Below, piece after piece: positions 46,784-62,111 of a stretch of DNA of 64,000 bases. The notes beneath the pieces are model-generated. The model ran no database searches and was not told the DNA's origin. It saw only the letters and a list, made by a program, of their open reading frames with translations. The position numbers and the translations under genes are program-made. Source of the DNA: the human T2T-CHM13v2.0 reference genome, Homo sapiens; the NCBI RefSeq assembly GCF_009914755.1, contig NC_060937.1. One strand, given 5' to 3'. Each line of letters begins with the position of its first letter. Position 1 is the stretch's first letter.

Positions 46784-49391
46784 GAAACATGCTGTTTAAA
46801 GTGGGCTTTGTTAAGGCCACTTTTTAACATTTTCTTCTGCTCCAAGAAAACTGGATTAGGCACATCGTATGCAACTCCCTTCCCAAACACAGGTGTCGTC
46901 AGGTGACTGTAGACATCTTCTGCATTCAGGTCTTCATTTTTACTATTAAAAAGCAGCGCAGCAGCATCACTCCCCAGAAGGTAAGTAAATGTCTTGCCTA
47001 CCATGGTAAAACTAAATACAGGTCCATACTTCTCATATGCATTTCTAGAAATTCAACTGGACTTTTCCCAAATGCTATGGCATGCCCAGGGAATGGAACT
47101 GGGGAGAAAACGTATGGAGGACTTTTCGCCCCTGCGGGCAGCTGGACCAAGTGGCCGGCGGCCAGACGGAACAGGTAGACCAGGCTGAGGGTGAAGGTGC
47201 AGGCGATCAGCAGCATGGACAAGAGGTTGCCTCCTGTCACCTTCTCCATCGCCTGGCCCAGCACCGACCCACCCCGCCTGCAGCAAGCCCAGCAACATCA
47301 TCCCCGCCGCTGCCGCCATTTCACTTCATTGGAGACACTGAAGGCCGAGGTCGCCACCACTCCTCCTAATCGACGGAGCGAGAGAAGCTGGCGGATGGTT
47401 GTCCACAGGCGGCTCCGGCCCCCAGGTCTCCTACTAAACGACAACAGTCATTATGGAAGCCTTTTTTTTTTTTTCAAGTAATATTAAGTGCTTGAGTATG
47501 TATCAAAGAAGCCTTGACTGTTAATTGTCACTCTATTGGGCACTGTGGAGTAAAAGCAATTCTAAAACCAACTACATGGAAACCATCAAGACCTGTCACT
47601 CCCGTTTCTCCACAGCTATTGTTGCTCCTCACAGGTTCCCACTCCAGCCTTCTTCCTTCAAAGACCCTGAGAGAAGAAATAAAAAATAAAAGCAAGTGTG
47701 CAAGGAGCAGTGGCCATTCACCAGACGTGATCTCCCTGGCCGTGTTTCTGAAACGTAGATCAAGAGGTGTATTCTTCGGGAAAGGGGTCTCCAGGATTTT
47801 GAAATTTTATATTTTCATTTAAATGACCTATAAATTTTAATGTTAGCATATTATGAATTGTTTTGTAATCAAGTACTGACATTTTATTTGTGTTTATATT
47901 TGTATTTCTGCTTATGATCACATTGGCTGCAAGCAGCCGTACCTAAATGATGTCAGACTAATGAGAAAAGAAGTGGACTAAATATGTAAATGATACGCCC
48001 AAACTAAGTGAAGACCAAACAATGTCATATCATGCTGTTCAAGAGAAGTTTCCATCGTATTTCAATAAGAGGTATGGTTGGGAGACTGAAGTCATTGCCT
48101 TACACACAAATAGACATACTGAACTCAGAAGAACACATACTGTGCTGGGCAGTGCCATGGTCAAATGGCAAAAGCCAAAGTGGAATAGAGTAGCTATGAG
48201 ATTTTGTTGGTTTCAAGAAGAAAGTGGCTTGTTTACTTCTGATCAAATCAGCAAAGTAAGATGTGATGAAAAGACCTCAATTATACCAATTTCTGCTTAG
48301 TAGATGATTGTCAAAATGGCTCTGATAAGAGTAATGTGATACAACTCTAAGCACAAATTGTGGAAGGGAAATATGATCTAATCATATGACCTTGGTTAAT
48401 AAGTTTCCAAAATAGGCCTCAGTAGGTCTTATCTACTTGAGAATTTCATAATCTGATGTCAGCCTTGTCTTTCTTGACCTCTGTTGCTTTGGATACTGTG
48501 AAACAGATTCCTCCTTCTGGAAATCTTTTCTCCCTTTGGGTTCCATAACCTGATGGTCTTCCTGCTACCCTGAGAGCTCCGTCTCGGTTTCCTCTGTGAG
48601 CTTGCTTCTCAGATGGTGCTGTGCCTCAGGCCCTATCTCAGCTCCGACCTTTTCCCAGTCAATTTCATATACACTTATGACTCAGCTACCATAAATATGC
48701 TGACCATTTCCAAATCTCTTATCTCAAGCCCACCCTCTTCTCTTGAACTTGACACCCAGAACTTCCTTTTATTTGTATTAACAAAAGAAAAAAAAAACCC
48801 AAACCCCATAAAACTGTATACTTTAAATGTACAAAGCAGATCTCATCTTCCTCATACATCTGATACCCTCTTATAATCTTTGTTTCAGTCAGTGACATCA
48901 CCTATCCAGTTAACAGATACGGAGACTTAGGACTCATCCCTGACTTTTTGGTCATTAAATGCATTGCAAATATTTTACATCATAAATATAACTAGTATTA
49001 TCTATACCTTTTTCAGGTGTGTGGCTGTAAGGAAAGTACATCCCTGGTTTTTTAGCATTCAGACCGAACATCTCTTTTTTGGCTTGGCTAAGGTGATGAG
49101 CTCTGTCTTGCTATTGGTCTATTGCTGAGTGGCATTTGAAAGTTGTTGAAGAGGTGAACAAAATGCAAAGCGATCAAGGAGTTCCCTTGTAAATCAGAAC
49201 TCCTTACCCTTTCCCTCTAAGGTCTCAAGTTATTACAACACTTCTGATGGCCTGGGATGGTCCTAAGAAGTCTCAGTTGTCAGAAATGTACAATAACAGC
49301 CCTTAAGGAGGAATCCACCGTGTTGGTGGTGACAGTGGTGGTGGAGTTGGTGGTGGTGTCTTATCCTGGGGGAGGGTCAGTGAGGAACAGA

Positions 49392-49408
49392 GTCATGTGA
49401 TTGCATCA
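49392..49408. promoter_or_regulatory. Candidate overlapping M-box (TCATGTGA) and CARE (TGATGCAAT) motif
   Basis: gtcatgtgattgcatca; motif match only, no functional evidence. Confidence 0.35.
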
Positions 49409-51079
49409 CAACCTGGTCTACCACCTTGGACCGTGGGGTTTGTCAAGAGAAATGGCTGATTAACTGTAAATGCAACTATCTGTCACTAGAGTTGTAACCA
49501 GGAACCCAGTGTCCTATGGTGTGGAGTACCCATTGCCACAACCTTTATGCCTGGGAGCTGAACATCTTGTTTCTGGTACCAGCCTCACCAGAGCAGTGGT
49601 TGGAACCTTAGGCAGAGTGACTAGACTTCTCAGTTTCTTTTCTGCGTAACGATAGTAAACAGGACTACCTCATTTGGACTAAGTAAGCAGCTGGAGGATT
49701 TTACATTTCAAGGAAGGAAAAGCTCAGAGAATGAAGAAGGCATTTCTTACAAGCAGTAGGATGGAAGCTCTAATTTGATTTATCTGTGTACTGACTTAAA
49801 TTTGGCTTATTTCCTATAGCAGCAGGTAAAAGCTCCTAGAACAGGGGATGGCAATTGGTGGGTATTCAATAATGTGTGGATTTGAATCTCATTCTTGCTT
49901 AATCAGACACACCTCATACTATCTTTGAGAAATTATAAATGACAAGCCGGCCACCACTCCAAACTGACATTTCCCCTGCAGAAGAGTCAGTCCAACCTTA
50001 ACAGGCTTGGGAATAGCAGGAAGAAAGGGTTTAAAGCCAGCAAGTAAATTAAATACCCATGCATGTGACTTCACAATATAGCCCTTGTTTAGAAGGTTAG
50101 CCCACCTGTTTCCACCTCCAGCTCCTTACCCTTATCCTAAGCCACCACTGTTTCTCACTTGCATTCCTCACTGTTTCCTACCTGGGCAATACAACATGAT
50201 CTTCTTCTGAAACCATCAATGGCTTCCCCATTGAATTCAGAGTAACACTCAACCTCCTCACTATGACCTGAAAGACCCCTAAGGATCTGGCCACATCTCT
50301 CCTGCAACCTCAGCCCGCCAAAATCCCTCCCACGTCAGGATTGCCACACTGCTCCCTCCCTTCCTTTAGGTGTAGCTGAAATGTCACCTTAAAGTATTCT
50401 CTGACTGTCACACCCAAAGCAGGAAAGTGCTATTCTCTAGCTCGATAACTTCTTGTTTGATTTTTTTTTTAACACTTCACATTCTATATTGTTTTATATT
50501 TTTGTATGTTTGCCTTTTTTGGTCATCTGTGCCCTGTACTACAATGAAGCTCTGTGCATGCAGGGACCATGGCTGACTCTTGTATGACTGTGTCATATCT
50601 AGAATTGGGGCTGGCATGCAGGAAATCTTAGTCAAATGGATGAAATGAGGTGGTTTTGTTCAGTACTCCCAAATTATGGAATTATACACCTAATCTACCC
50701 TTGGGAACCACAGAGAATAATTGTTTGATGCATTTGTTTTTTTAAGAAGCTGAGTTTATGACAATAAGCTCTGTCTGGCTGAATCACTTAAAATACATGT
50801 GTACCAGAACATTCAGCAAACTATCATGACAAACAATTTTGAAATATGATATGTAATAACAGAAATGGAAAAGGTTTTATTTATAAAACCAATCTAAAAT
50901 GTGTCACTCCCAGACTAATTGTAATTCTATCTGAAATTTCATTCTCAACCAGAAAGAGGGACAAAAATGTCCAACCTCACTAGTAATCAAATAAACACAT
51001 ACCAGGATAACAATTAAGGTATAATCTTTCATGTTCAAAATGAGCAAATAGTTTGTTTTTAAGATAAAATTAGCTTAAA

Positions 51080-51210
51080 TTACAGTAGTTTGTGCCTATA
51101 ATCCCAACTACTTGGGAGGCTGAGGCAAGAGGATCGCTTAAGGCCAGGAGTTCCAGACTAGTCTGGGAAACATAGTGAGACCCCATCTCTCAAACAAAAC
51201 AAAACAAAAC
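51080..51210 (+). mobile_element. FLAM-like monomer
   Basis: Monomer with (CAAAA)n tail. Confidence 0.75.
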
Positions 51211-51540
51211 TATATGTGTGTATATATATACATATATATGTGAACATATATATTCATTTGGCCAGCCTGAAGTAAAATGAACAAAATGTCATATTTTGCC
51301 AGTAAAAAGTGAATTGGTAAAACTTTTTTCAGAATCATAATTTAACAATATACACTAAAATCGTTATACATTGTCTGCTCAGCAAGTCTTACTGATGAAA
51401 TAATAGAAATTTTCATAGCAATTTAGCTATTTAGATTTTTATCTGGTTGTTTGTAATTTGAAAAAAATCTAAATATATACCAAGATATAACTATAACTAT
51501 ATATATAAAAACCATGTGTTCTGTGACATGGAAAAAAAGA

Positions 51541-51543
<3 letters not shown>

Positions 51544-51572
<29 letters not shown>
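51544..51572. repeat. (AT)n microsatellite
   Basis: Pure AT dinucleotide run. Confidence 0.95.
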
Positions 51573-51575
<3 letters not shown>

Positions 51576-52491
51576 AATAGGGGAACAGTGCATACATATA
51601 GTTTTATGTTGAGAAAGGCCATTATATTATTTTCGTAGAATATTTAATTATAAGGAAAAATTTTCAGGTCATGATATTGAGTGAAAAAAAGGCAACAAAA
51701 CATATTTGGCATAGCACATCCTAATTTTTAAAAAATAAATACATGTATAAATGCATAGAAAAAAGCCTATTAAGTAATATATCAAATGGTACTAACAATT
51801 GTCTCTGAGGGGTAGGATTATTAACAATTTTTGTTTGCATATTAAATACCATAGACAGTATGACTTTCTATATTGTCCACATTTTTAGTAATGAATATGT
51901 ATTAATTTATAACCAGAAAAAGTTTAACCAAAAAGAAATGAGAGGAAAACAATAGAACAATTACATGCAAAGTCATTGCTATTTGTTAAAAAGCTTTAGT
52001 TTCCTAAAACCTAGAACTTCTCAAAGGTTGATATTTTCCAAGTGGTTCTACAAGCTTTAACGTTGAATCAGTAACCACATGGCAAAGTGACCTTCTGGGA
52101 CTGCCATAGGTAGCCCAAGATAAGAGGATAGTGGATGTTAACTACTCACTAGCAGTCAAGAGTCCTTTATCTAGAAAAGTAGAGTCAAGAATGGAGAAAT
52201 AACTGTTCTGAAGTACAGGGAGGAACTGAGGGGAGCTTTTGTACTGCCTGGATCAATCTATTTAAAACCAGACTCAGAAATCAGTAAGACTCACGGCAAG
52301 TGGAAATCTGCTAGTCCAGCCCTCTCACCCTACCCATAAGAAAACACAAGCCACAGGTGAAATGACTGTGTTATCCTCCACGGAACACATTGCCCTGACC
52401 TAGGCCTGTGCCCTAGGATGGAGTCCTCCCTGGAACCCAGGCCCTGCTACCACCCATCTGTCCACCTTTGTTTTCCTAACAGAAAGTGGAG

Positions 52492-52806
<315 letters not shown>

Positions 52807-53331
52807 AGAAAGTGGAGTTTTTAAGGAGCAGTTTAAGGAGGCAGTTAAGAAGCTTAAGAAGTTTTGAGAAAGAGGAGCTCAGATTGCTGCTCATGCTGCA
52901 GGAAGGTAAACTGCCCTCTCTTATCTTTCCACTCCTACAGCTGCTCCCATGTTACTCAGTTTTTACCACTGGTGTCCTCGAGGTCACTGCACTGCCCAGG
53001 GTTATGAAAACAGGACAGTCACCAGCTCAGGGAGGGAGAACTGCGCCCTTGGTTATCTTTAAATTAGGGGAGATGGAATTTGTCTGGTCAGCATTCATTC
53101 CAATTCTGATCAATTATGGTTCAGTTTATTTCATTCTCCCTGCAGCCCTGATGATAGATAGGTTTGCAATATGCAGGAAAGCTGTAGGTAATCAGAGTGG
53201 AATCTATAAGTATTTCCTGCCATGGAACTTGTAAGAAAAGGAAAAAAAAAGAAAAAGAATCTGCAAGTATTCAGAACACAACTAAGCAAAACGCTCCAAT
53301 TTTTCTTTTCTTTTTAAAAATTATTTTATTT

Positions 53332-53632
<301 letters not shown>

Positions 53633-53649
53633 TTATTTATTTCATTCGT

Positions 53650-53778
53650 TTTAAAATAAATAGAGACAAGATCTCACTATGTCGTCCAGGCTGGTTTCAA
53701 ATTCCTGAGCCCAAGTGATTCTCCTGCCTGGGCCTCCTAAAGTGCTAGGATTACAGGCGTGAACCACGACACCTGGCT
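53650..53778 (-). mobile_element. FLAM monomer
   Basis: Reverse-complement monomer. Confidence 0.8.
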
Positions 53779-53889
53779 GTCTTTTTCTTTTAAAAAAAAT
53801 TTCCTTCCCCAAATAATCTGCTATCCCACAGTATTCCCTATCTAGTGTTCCACAAGCTGTGGCTATGATGGATTTTCCTGAAGACTCGA

Positions 53890-54360
53890 GAGTCAGTTTC
53901 CTAGGGCTGCGGTAACAAAGTACCACAAGCTGGGTGACCTACACAGCAGAAATGTATTCCCTTCAGTTCTGCAGGCCAGAAGACAGGAATCAAGTGTCAC
54001 CAGGGTTGGTTCCTTCTGGAGAGTCTGAGGGAGAATCTATTCCATGGGCTTCTCTTAGCTTCTGGTGGCTGCTGGCGATCCTTGACATCCTCTGGCTTGT
54101 AGCATCACTCCAATCTCTGCCTCCATCATCATAGGCTATTCTCTCTGTGTGTCTGGGTCTCGGTGCCCCTCTTATAAAGACACCAGTCATATTGGATTGG
54201 GGCCCACTCCAATCCAATGAGGTCCAGTATGACCTCATCTTCACTCATTATATCCTGTAATGACACTATTTTGCAAATTTTTCAAATGAGGTCATATTCT
54301 AAGATACTGGGAGTTAGGACTTCATCATACTTTTTTAAGGACCATGATTCAACCATAATA
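53890..54360. mobile_element. MLT1 (MaLR) LTR
   Basis: ctagggctgcggtaacaaagtaccacaagctgg...cttataaagacaccagtcatattggatt. Confidence 0.8.
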
Positions 54361-55184
54361 CCCTACATCTTCTATATCTGCTTTCTTTCTTATTTGATGG
54401 TTTACTAAGGGCAGGGAAGCAGGAGTGTTCCGCCCAGGTACAGACAACAAGAGGCAATTGTCTGTAAAGGATGTATAAACGTAATAAAAATGACTAAAGG
54501 ATCCTCTGCTTTTTATTATCTACTTGGGCCAGCAGTTCTAAACAACATCTGTGAATAAAATAAGCACCCTCACCAAATCTGTTAGTTCTAAATAATTGCT
54601 GTGTGCGGTAGTTTAAAAATATATATAGAAATTTTTCCATACTCTTCCCTTCCAATTCCACTCTCTTGAATGTGGGCTGGACTTAATATTTTTCTTTGGT
54701 AAAAATTTATTATTTTTATTAATTGCTTTAAACTCAAGAAGGAATCAAGCAAACAAGCATAAAATTAAGTATAACAATAAAATTATTTTTAGTAATTACT
54801 GAAAATAGTTTTGTTGTTTACAGCCAAGGAGGCGTGGAAGAACGATTTGGTATGGTTGTCAAATATGCTACGCATTATGCCACTGCTTTTACAGCATTGA
54901 AACTTGAGACTCAGAAAGAATTCTCTGAGACAGTATAAAATTTCTAGTATCTAAGGAAGACCACCACATTTTCTTCATCATGACTCTTTCTGATGTCAGA
55001 GAGTTAAGATCATCTAAAGACTGAAATTATATCCCTCCTTTGGCTGATGAAAAATTTCTTGAGTACCAAAGATTTCTTGAGTACCAACTATGCGCTTAGA
55101 ACACATCTATGGACAAAACAGACTTCTGCCTCGTGAGGGTACCTTCTAGGGAACGGAGACAGCACACCAAAAGGTTAGAAGTAG

Positions 55185-55316
55185 CTGAGCAGGTGGCTCA
55201 CACCTGTAATCCCAGAGACTTTGGAGGCTGAAGTGGGAGGATTGCCTGAGGCCAGGAGTTTGACACCAGCCTGGGCAAAATAGTGAGACCCCATCTCTTA
55301 AGAAAAAAAAAAAAAA
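55185..55316 (+). mobile_element. FLAM monomer
   Basis: Monomer plus A-tail. Confidence 0.8.
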
Positions 55317-55861
55317 GGTTAGGGGAAGAAAAAGTCAAAAAAGGACCTGAAGGATGGGCATGCTGAGGTGGGTTGGAGTGGGCGGGCTGTAGGATTACGC
55401 AGTTGACTAGGGCAGCTCTCACTGAGGAGAGAAGCTTGAGCAGAGACTTGCCGGAAGCCAGGCAGTTTGCCATCCAGATAGCTGGGAAAGCATTCCAGGA
55501 AACAGACCAGTGAAGGTATGGCCTGTGTGGATGTGTACCTAGCATGCTGGAGGAAAGGCAAGGAAACCAATGAGGGCAGGAAGGAGAGGGGAGACACTGC
55601 CCAGGAAGAGGGCATAAGCTTGGATGAGGCAGCTCTCTTCCATGGGGGAGTGCCTGTAGACCAACTCAGCTGAGAGCCCTAAGGCCCACACTCCCAGCAG
55701 CTGGGAAATGAGGCTTCAGCCCTGAAAAAAGTCTCAGGGCACCACTCCCAGCATCCCCTACAGAGCTGGATTTATAGGAGTCATTCCATTTGGATAGGGA
55801 ATTAAAGGAGTGTCCAGGTTTGGAAGAGAAATTATATTTAAGAGGGGAGCAGGAGCGGTAG

Positions 55862-56157
55862 GAGCGGTGGCTCATGTCTGTAATCCCAGCACTTTGGGAG
55901 AGCGAGGCGGGCAGATTGTTTGAGGCCAGGAGTTCGAGACCCGCCTGGAGTAACATGGTGAAACCCAATCTCTCTAAAAAAAAAAAAAAAAGAAAAAAAA
56001 TTAGCCAGGCATGGTGCATGTGCCTGTAGTCCCAGTTACTCGCAAGGCTAAGATGGGAGGACCATCTGAGGCCGGGGAGGTCAAGGCTGCAGCGAGCCGA
56101 GATTGCGCCACTGCACTTCAGCCTGGGTGTCAGAGTGAAATCCTGTCTCAAAAAAAA
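55862..56157 (+). mobile_element. Alu (AluJ-like)
   Basis: Diverged dimer. Confidence 0.88.
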
Positions 56158-56444
56158 GAGAGAGGTCACCCTCCTCCTCATCTATATCCTATAATTTCTT
56201 GCACAGCCTATTCGTTATCCTTAACGCAACTATTTAATTATTCTACACATTTCCTGGGAGTGGAGGGTACACCCCCGGGAAAGCCATTGTTGGGTGTGGA
56301 GTTAAGATGCCCTTGGGGTCCCTGCGCCTAGCTCAGGGCTATGCCGACCATTCTGGGCCCTGCATTTAATGTGCCATCAGTTTCTACTCTCGTTGTCATT
56401 GACTTTTCTGTAGCCTCCTTTAATTTAAACAAACAAACAAAAAA

Positions 56445-56736
56445 GCCAGGCATGGTGGCTCACGCCTGTAATCCCACCACTATGGGAGGCCGAGGCGGGT
56501 GGATCACGAGGTCAGGAGATCGAGACCATCCTGGCTAACACGGTGAAACCCCATCTCTACTAAAAATATGAAAAATTAGCCAGGCGTGGTGGCGGGCGCC
56601 TGTAATCCCAGCTACTCAGGAGGCTGAGGCAGGAGAATGGCGTGAATCTGGGAGGCGGAGCTTGCAGTGAGCCGAGATGGTGCCACTGCACTCCAGCCTG
56701 GGCGATAGAGTGAGACTCCATCTCAAAAAAAAAAAA
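56445..56736 (+). mobile_element. Alu (AluY-like)
   Basis: AluY diagnostic segments. Confidence 0.92.
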
Positions 56737-56739
56737 GCA

Positions 56740-57036
56740 TTTTTTTTTTTGAGACAAGGTCTTACGCTGTCACCCAGGCTGGAGCGCAGTAGTGTGAACA
56801 TGGCTCTCTGCAGCCTTGACCTCCCAGGCTCAAGCAATTCTCCCACCTCAGCCTCCCCAGGGACTGGGACTATAGGCACATGCCACCACCATGCCTGGTC
56901 AATTTGTGTATTTTTTGTAAAGACAGGGGTCTCACCATCTTGCCCAGTCTGGCCTTGAACTCCTGGACTCAAGTAATCCCCTCACCTTGGCCTCCAAAGG
57001 TGCTGGGATTATAGTTGTAAGCCACCGCACCCGGCC
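56740..57036 (-). mobile_element. Alu (AluJ-like), tail-to-tail with the previous Alu
   Basis: poly-T starts 3 bp after the preceding poly-A. Confidence 0.9.
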
Positions 57037-57323
57037 TGTAACCTCCTTTTATTACTACAGATCAATTCTGCTTTGGAATTCAGTATTCTTGCTTAACCCT
57101 GCCTCCACCCACCTCTCCTTCTACTTTTACCTGCTATACATGATCAATCCCATATACCAGACTTACCAACTGGGAAAGTACCGTTCTCCAGTGAATTAAG
57201 CACTGTTTGCCAGGGATTCTAGGTTTGAGGAAAAAGTAAATTTGAACACTTCTAATAACTCATCCAACTCCAAAATGTTATGGTATTAAGTCCTGAAAAT
57301 GACACTAGGTAATGTAACATACA

Positions 57324-57985
<662 letters not shown>

Positions 57986-58612
57986 CCAAAGGGCCATCAT
58001 GGCCCCAGAGCTCCCTGGAGGCCCCCTGAGGCCTTGGTTGTTGCTGCTTCTCCTGTGGCCTTCACTCCTCTCAGGCGTCCACCCCAGGGCCTCCTCAGTG
58101 CACTTCCTGTGCCCGTAACTCCATCTTGGAGTGGGCTTCTGGGCTTCCTAGGAACCAGACCTATGACACGCCCTCTACCTTTCCATATTTCTCTTCCGGG
58201 GAAGAACATTTTGACAGCGTATCAAGAAGGTGCCTCTTACTATTACAGCTTCTTTGAAGTACAAAACTTAAAAAGTGACTCATACTGGAGGGTATTTGGG
58301 TGGAGGTTAAGGGGTCTGAATAGACGTTTTCATAGGCCCTTTTTATAGGACTTGCCTGTTCTAACTCACTGTCACCTGATAGTTCTTCCTTAAATAGTCA
58401 GAGGGCTTAGAGGCTCAAATAAAAGCAAAAATTACATGTCATGTGCCCAATTCTGTTGTTCTCAGGCCAAATTTAGCTTCTTTCCCAAGCTTCCAGAAGC
58501 CCCAAACAGTTTCACTTTCAACCTGCTTACCTTTCTTGTACAAACTAAGAAAAGATTTGGGGTCATCACAATTTTCATTTCATTGCAGAAATGAAAATGA
58601 CAATGGACTGAA

Positions 58613-58746
58613 TTTTTTTCTTTTTCTTTTTTCTTAAAGTAGAGACAAGGTCTTGCAATGTTGCCCAGGCTGGTCTCAAACTCCTGGCCTTGAGTGATCC
58701 TCCTGCCTCAGCTTTCAAAAGTGTTGGGATTACAGGCATGAGCCAA
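58613..58746 (-). mobile_element. FLAM monomer
   Basis: Reverse-complement monomer. Confidence 0.8.
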
Positions 58747-60282
58747 TGGAGTGAATTTCATTGAGAATTTACTCTTTACCGAGCATCTATTCTCTGCTGG
58801 ATACTCTACCATGAAATACAAAAAAAGGTAGACGAAAAATCCTTGCTCTAAAGTGATTGCAAAACAGACAGGTGAATTATATTAAACAGAAACTTGTCAT
58901 TGTCACTGGAGACATGCGCAGAGGGAGGCCACTGGCCATTTTAGAGAGGACCTGATGATGGCAGCCTTGCTTCTGGAAATCAAAGTGAAGTCCAGGTCTT
59001 GTGACCCAGGGGAACGTGAGCCATGGGAATCTCTCATCATTGACATCAGATAAGGACCTGTAATCATTTGTTCTGACTCTGCAAGACTTAGCCTTGAGTG
59101 AAACGCAGGAGAAGGCTGCATCTCCAGCTGCCTTGGAGCGAGGTTTCCCACACCAATCTTAGTGTGGACTGTGGGGCGGAAACCTCTTACAAATTGAAAA
59201 AGTCTTTTGAGCTCTTCAGAAACAGATATGGCGTAAACATAAAGACTATGTTTGTGATATTCATACAAAATGGAGTAACACAACTCCCAGTTGTTCCATT
59301 TGTACCAGCAACTGCTATTATTCACGGAACCTATAGCCTCAAAAAAATGTTAGTATATTTATGTCTGTCTCGTTTCCTCTAGGAGTCCTATGTCCTTAAA
59401 AAAAAATCACATTGAGCCAAATATGTAACTTAGGTAATGAGTACAGGAAGCGCTCAAAGATTTAGAAGAAAACCTCCTCAAAACCACATAGAGGAAAAAC
59501 ACCAAGATTTAGCTGCAGAATCCATCTCCTGCCTTCTGTCAGCTCCTAGGGGGACCACAGCTCAGCAGCATACATTGTGTCTCTACTCTTCTCTGGGAGT
59601 GTCATCTACAGTGAAAAGTCAAAGGAGAATTAAGCATCAGGCAGAGATTTATATGAAGCCTAATACAAGACCATATCTTGTACTTGGTATGAATTTTGAG
59701 ACAGTTCTGAAGCCAAAACTCTGGAGGCTGTCACTGGGCAATGCCAGTTTGCATAAACCTACCATCACTTTCTCTTGTTTTTGTCAAGGGTTTCGGCTTT
59801 AGGGTATGGGGATGTTCTAGAAGTCCACTGGGGCTTCTTACTAGCACTAAGTGTGATTTGGGCTGAGTTGGGCTACATGCTTGGAAGTCAACTTAAAACT
59901 TAAAGAGATCCCACAGAGACTATAAATTATCCTTTCACTTTAGGATTCCCTAAAGTAACTACAATTCTGGCATGGGATTTGAAGTATGAACTAGATTTGT
60001 CCAGCAAACTCAAGACTGGCTGATTGGTTATGTATGAGCAGGTTCAGAACCCTCCTTTGGCATGCTGCATTGACTTAGATGCCTTTAATCCACTTGCACT
60101 GCTTTACAAGTCAACACAAACCTTCCCTAGTATTCCCTAGGTAGTGTCTGGATCTTTGTAATGTACTCGACATACACCTTTGACAATTTTATACTCTGTT
60201 GAAAATAATTTCAAAATACATCCAATTCTTTTTCATGACTTACATTTGTCTGTATGTCCTTTGTTATTAAAAGTTATTTTCA

Positions 60283-60941
<659 letters not shown>

Positions 60942-61130
60942 TACTTTTTTTCTTTTAAAAAATGTTTATTTGTTTGAAAGTCATTCAAGAAGTGATTTTA
61001 ATTTTTTTTGGAAGGTGGGTACTTTTTAACATCTAGGGGAAAGTAGACTTTTCTGCACTTTGTAGTAAATTCTGTGAGAAGGTATGAGTGCAAGCCATTC
61101 ATTAAATGATGCCTAATGAAAATAGAGGCT

Positions 61131-61404
<274 letters not shown>

Positions 61405-61437
61405 TCATCAATTGACATTCATGTCCCTATACTATAG

Positions 61438-61856
<419 letters not shown>

Positions 61857-61960
61857 CACAGCTACATCTTTTATATATGCATATTTATCTGGTTCTACAT
61901 GTGTATTTATATAATGTCTATTTACATCTATAAAATCAAATGATGATTGAGAATAATCGT

Positions 61961-62111
61961 GTTTTTGTTTTGTTTTGTTTTGGTTTTTTTGGTAGAGACG
62001 GGGTCTCGCTCTGTCACCCATGCTTGTCTTTAATTCCTGGCCTCAAGCGATCCCCCCACCTGGCCTTCTCAAAGTGCTGGGATTACAAGTGTGAACAATT
62101 GCACCCAGCCA
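61961..62111 (-). mobile_element. FLAM-like monomer
   Basis: Diverged monomer. Confidence 0.7.

Larger units (their letters stand above)
44137..47439 (-). pseudogene. CYP51A1P2: Processed pseudogene of lanosterol 14-alpha-demethylase CYP51A1
   Basis: Intronless CYP51A1 peptides ([16 protein letters not shown]..., [19 protein letters not shown]) from 47319 to the stop at 45663, with frameshifts, an L1 insertion and a premature TGA. ATTAAA plus poly(A) at about 44137-44169. 13-bp TSD gacaacagtcatt at 44124-36 and 47440-52. Confidence 0.95.

Noticed and set aside
58903-59802. ORFs of 94-140 aa in unique sequence
   Set aside because: No recognisable domain, coding bias or coherent splice pattern; a regulatory role cannot be excluded.
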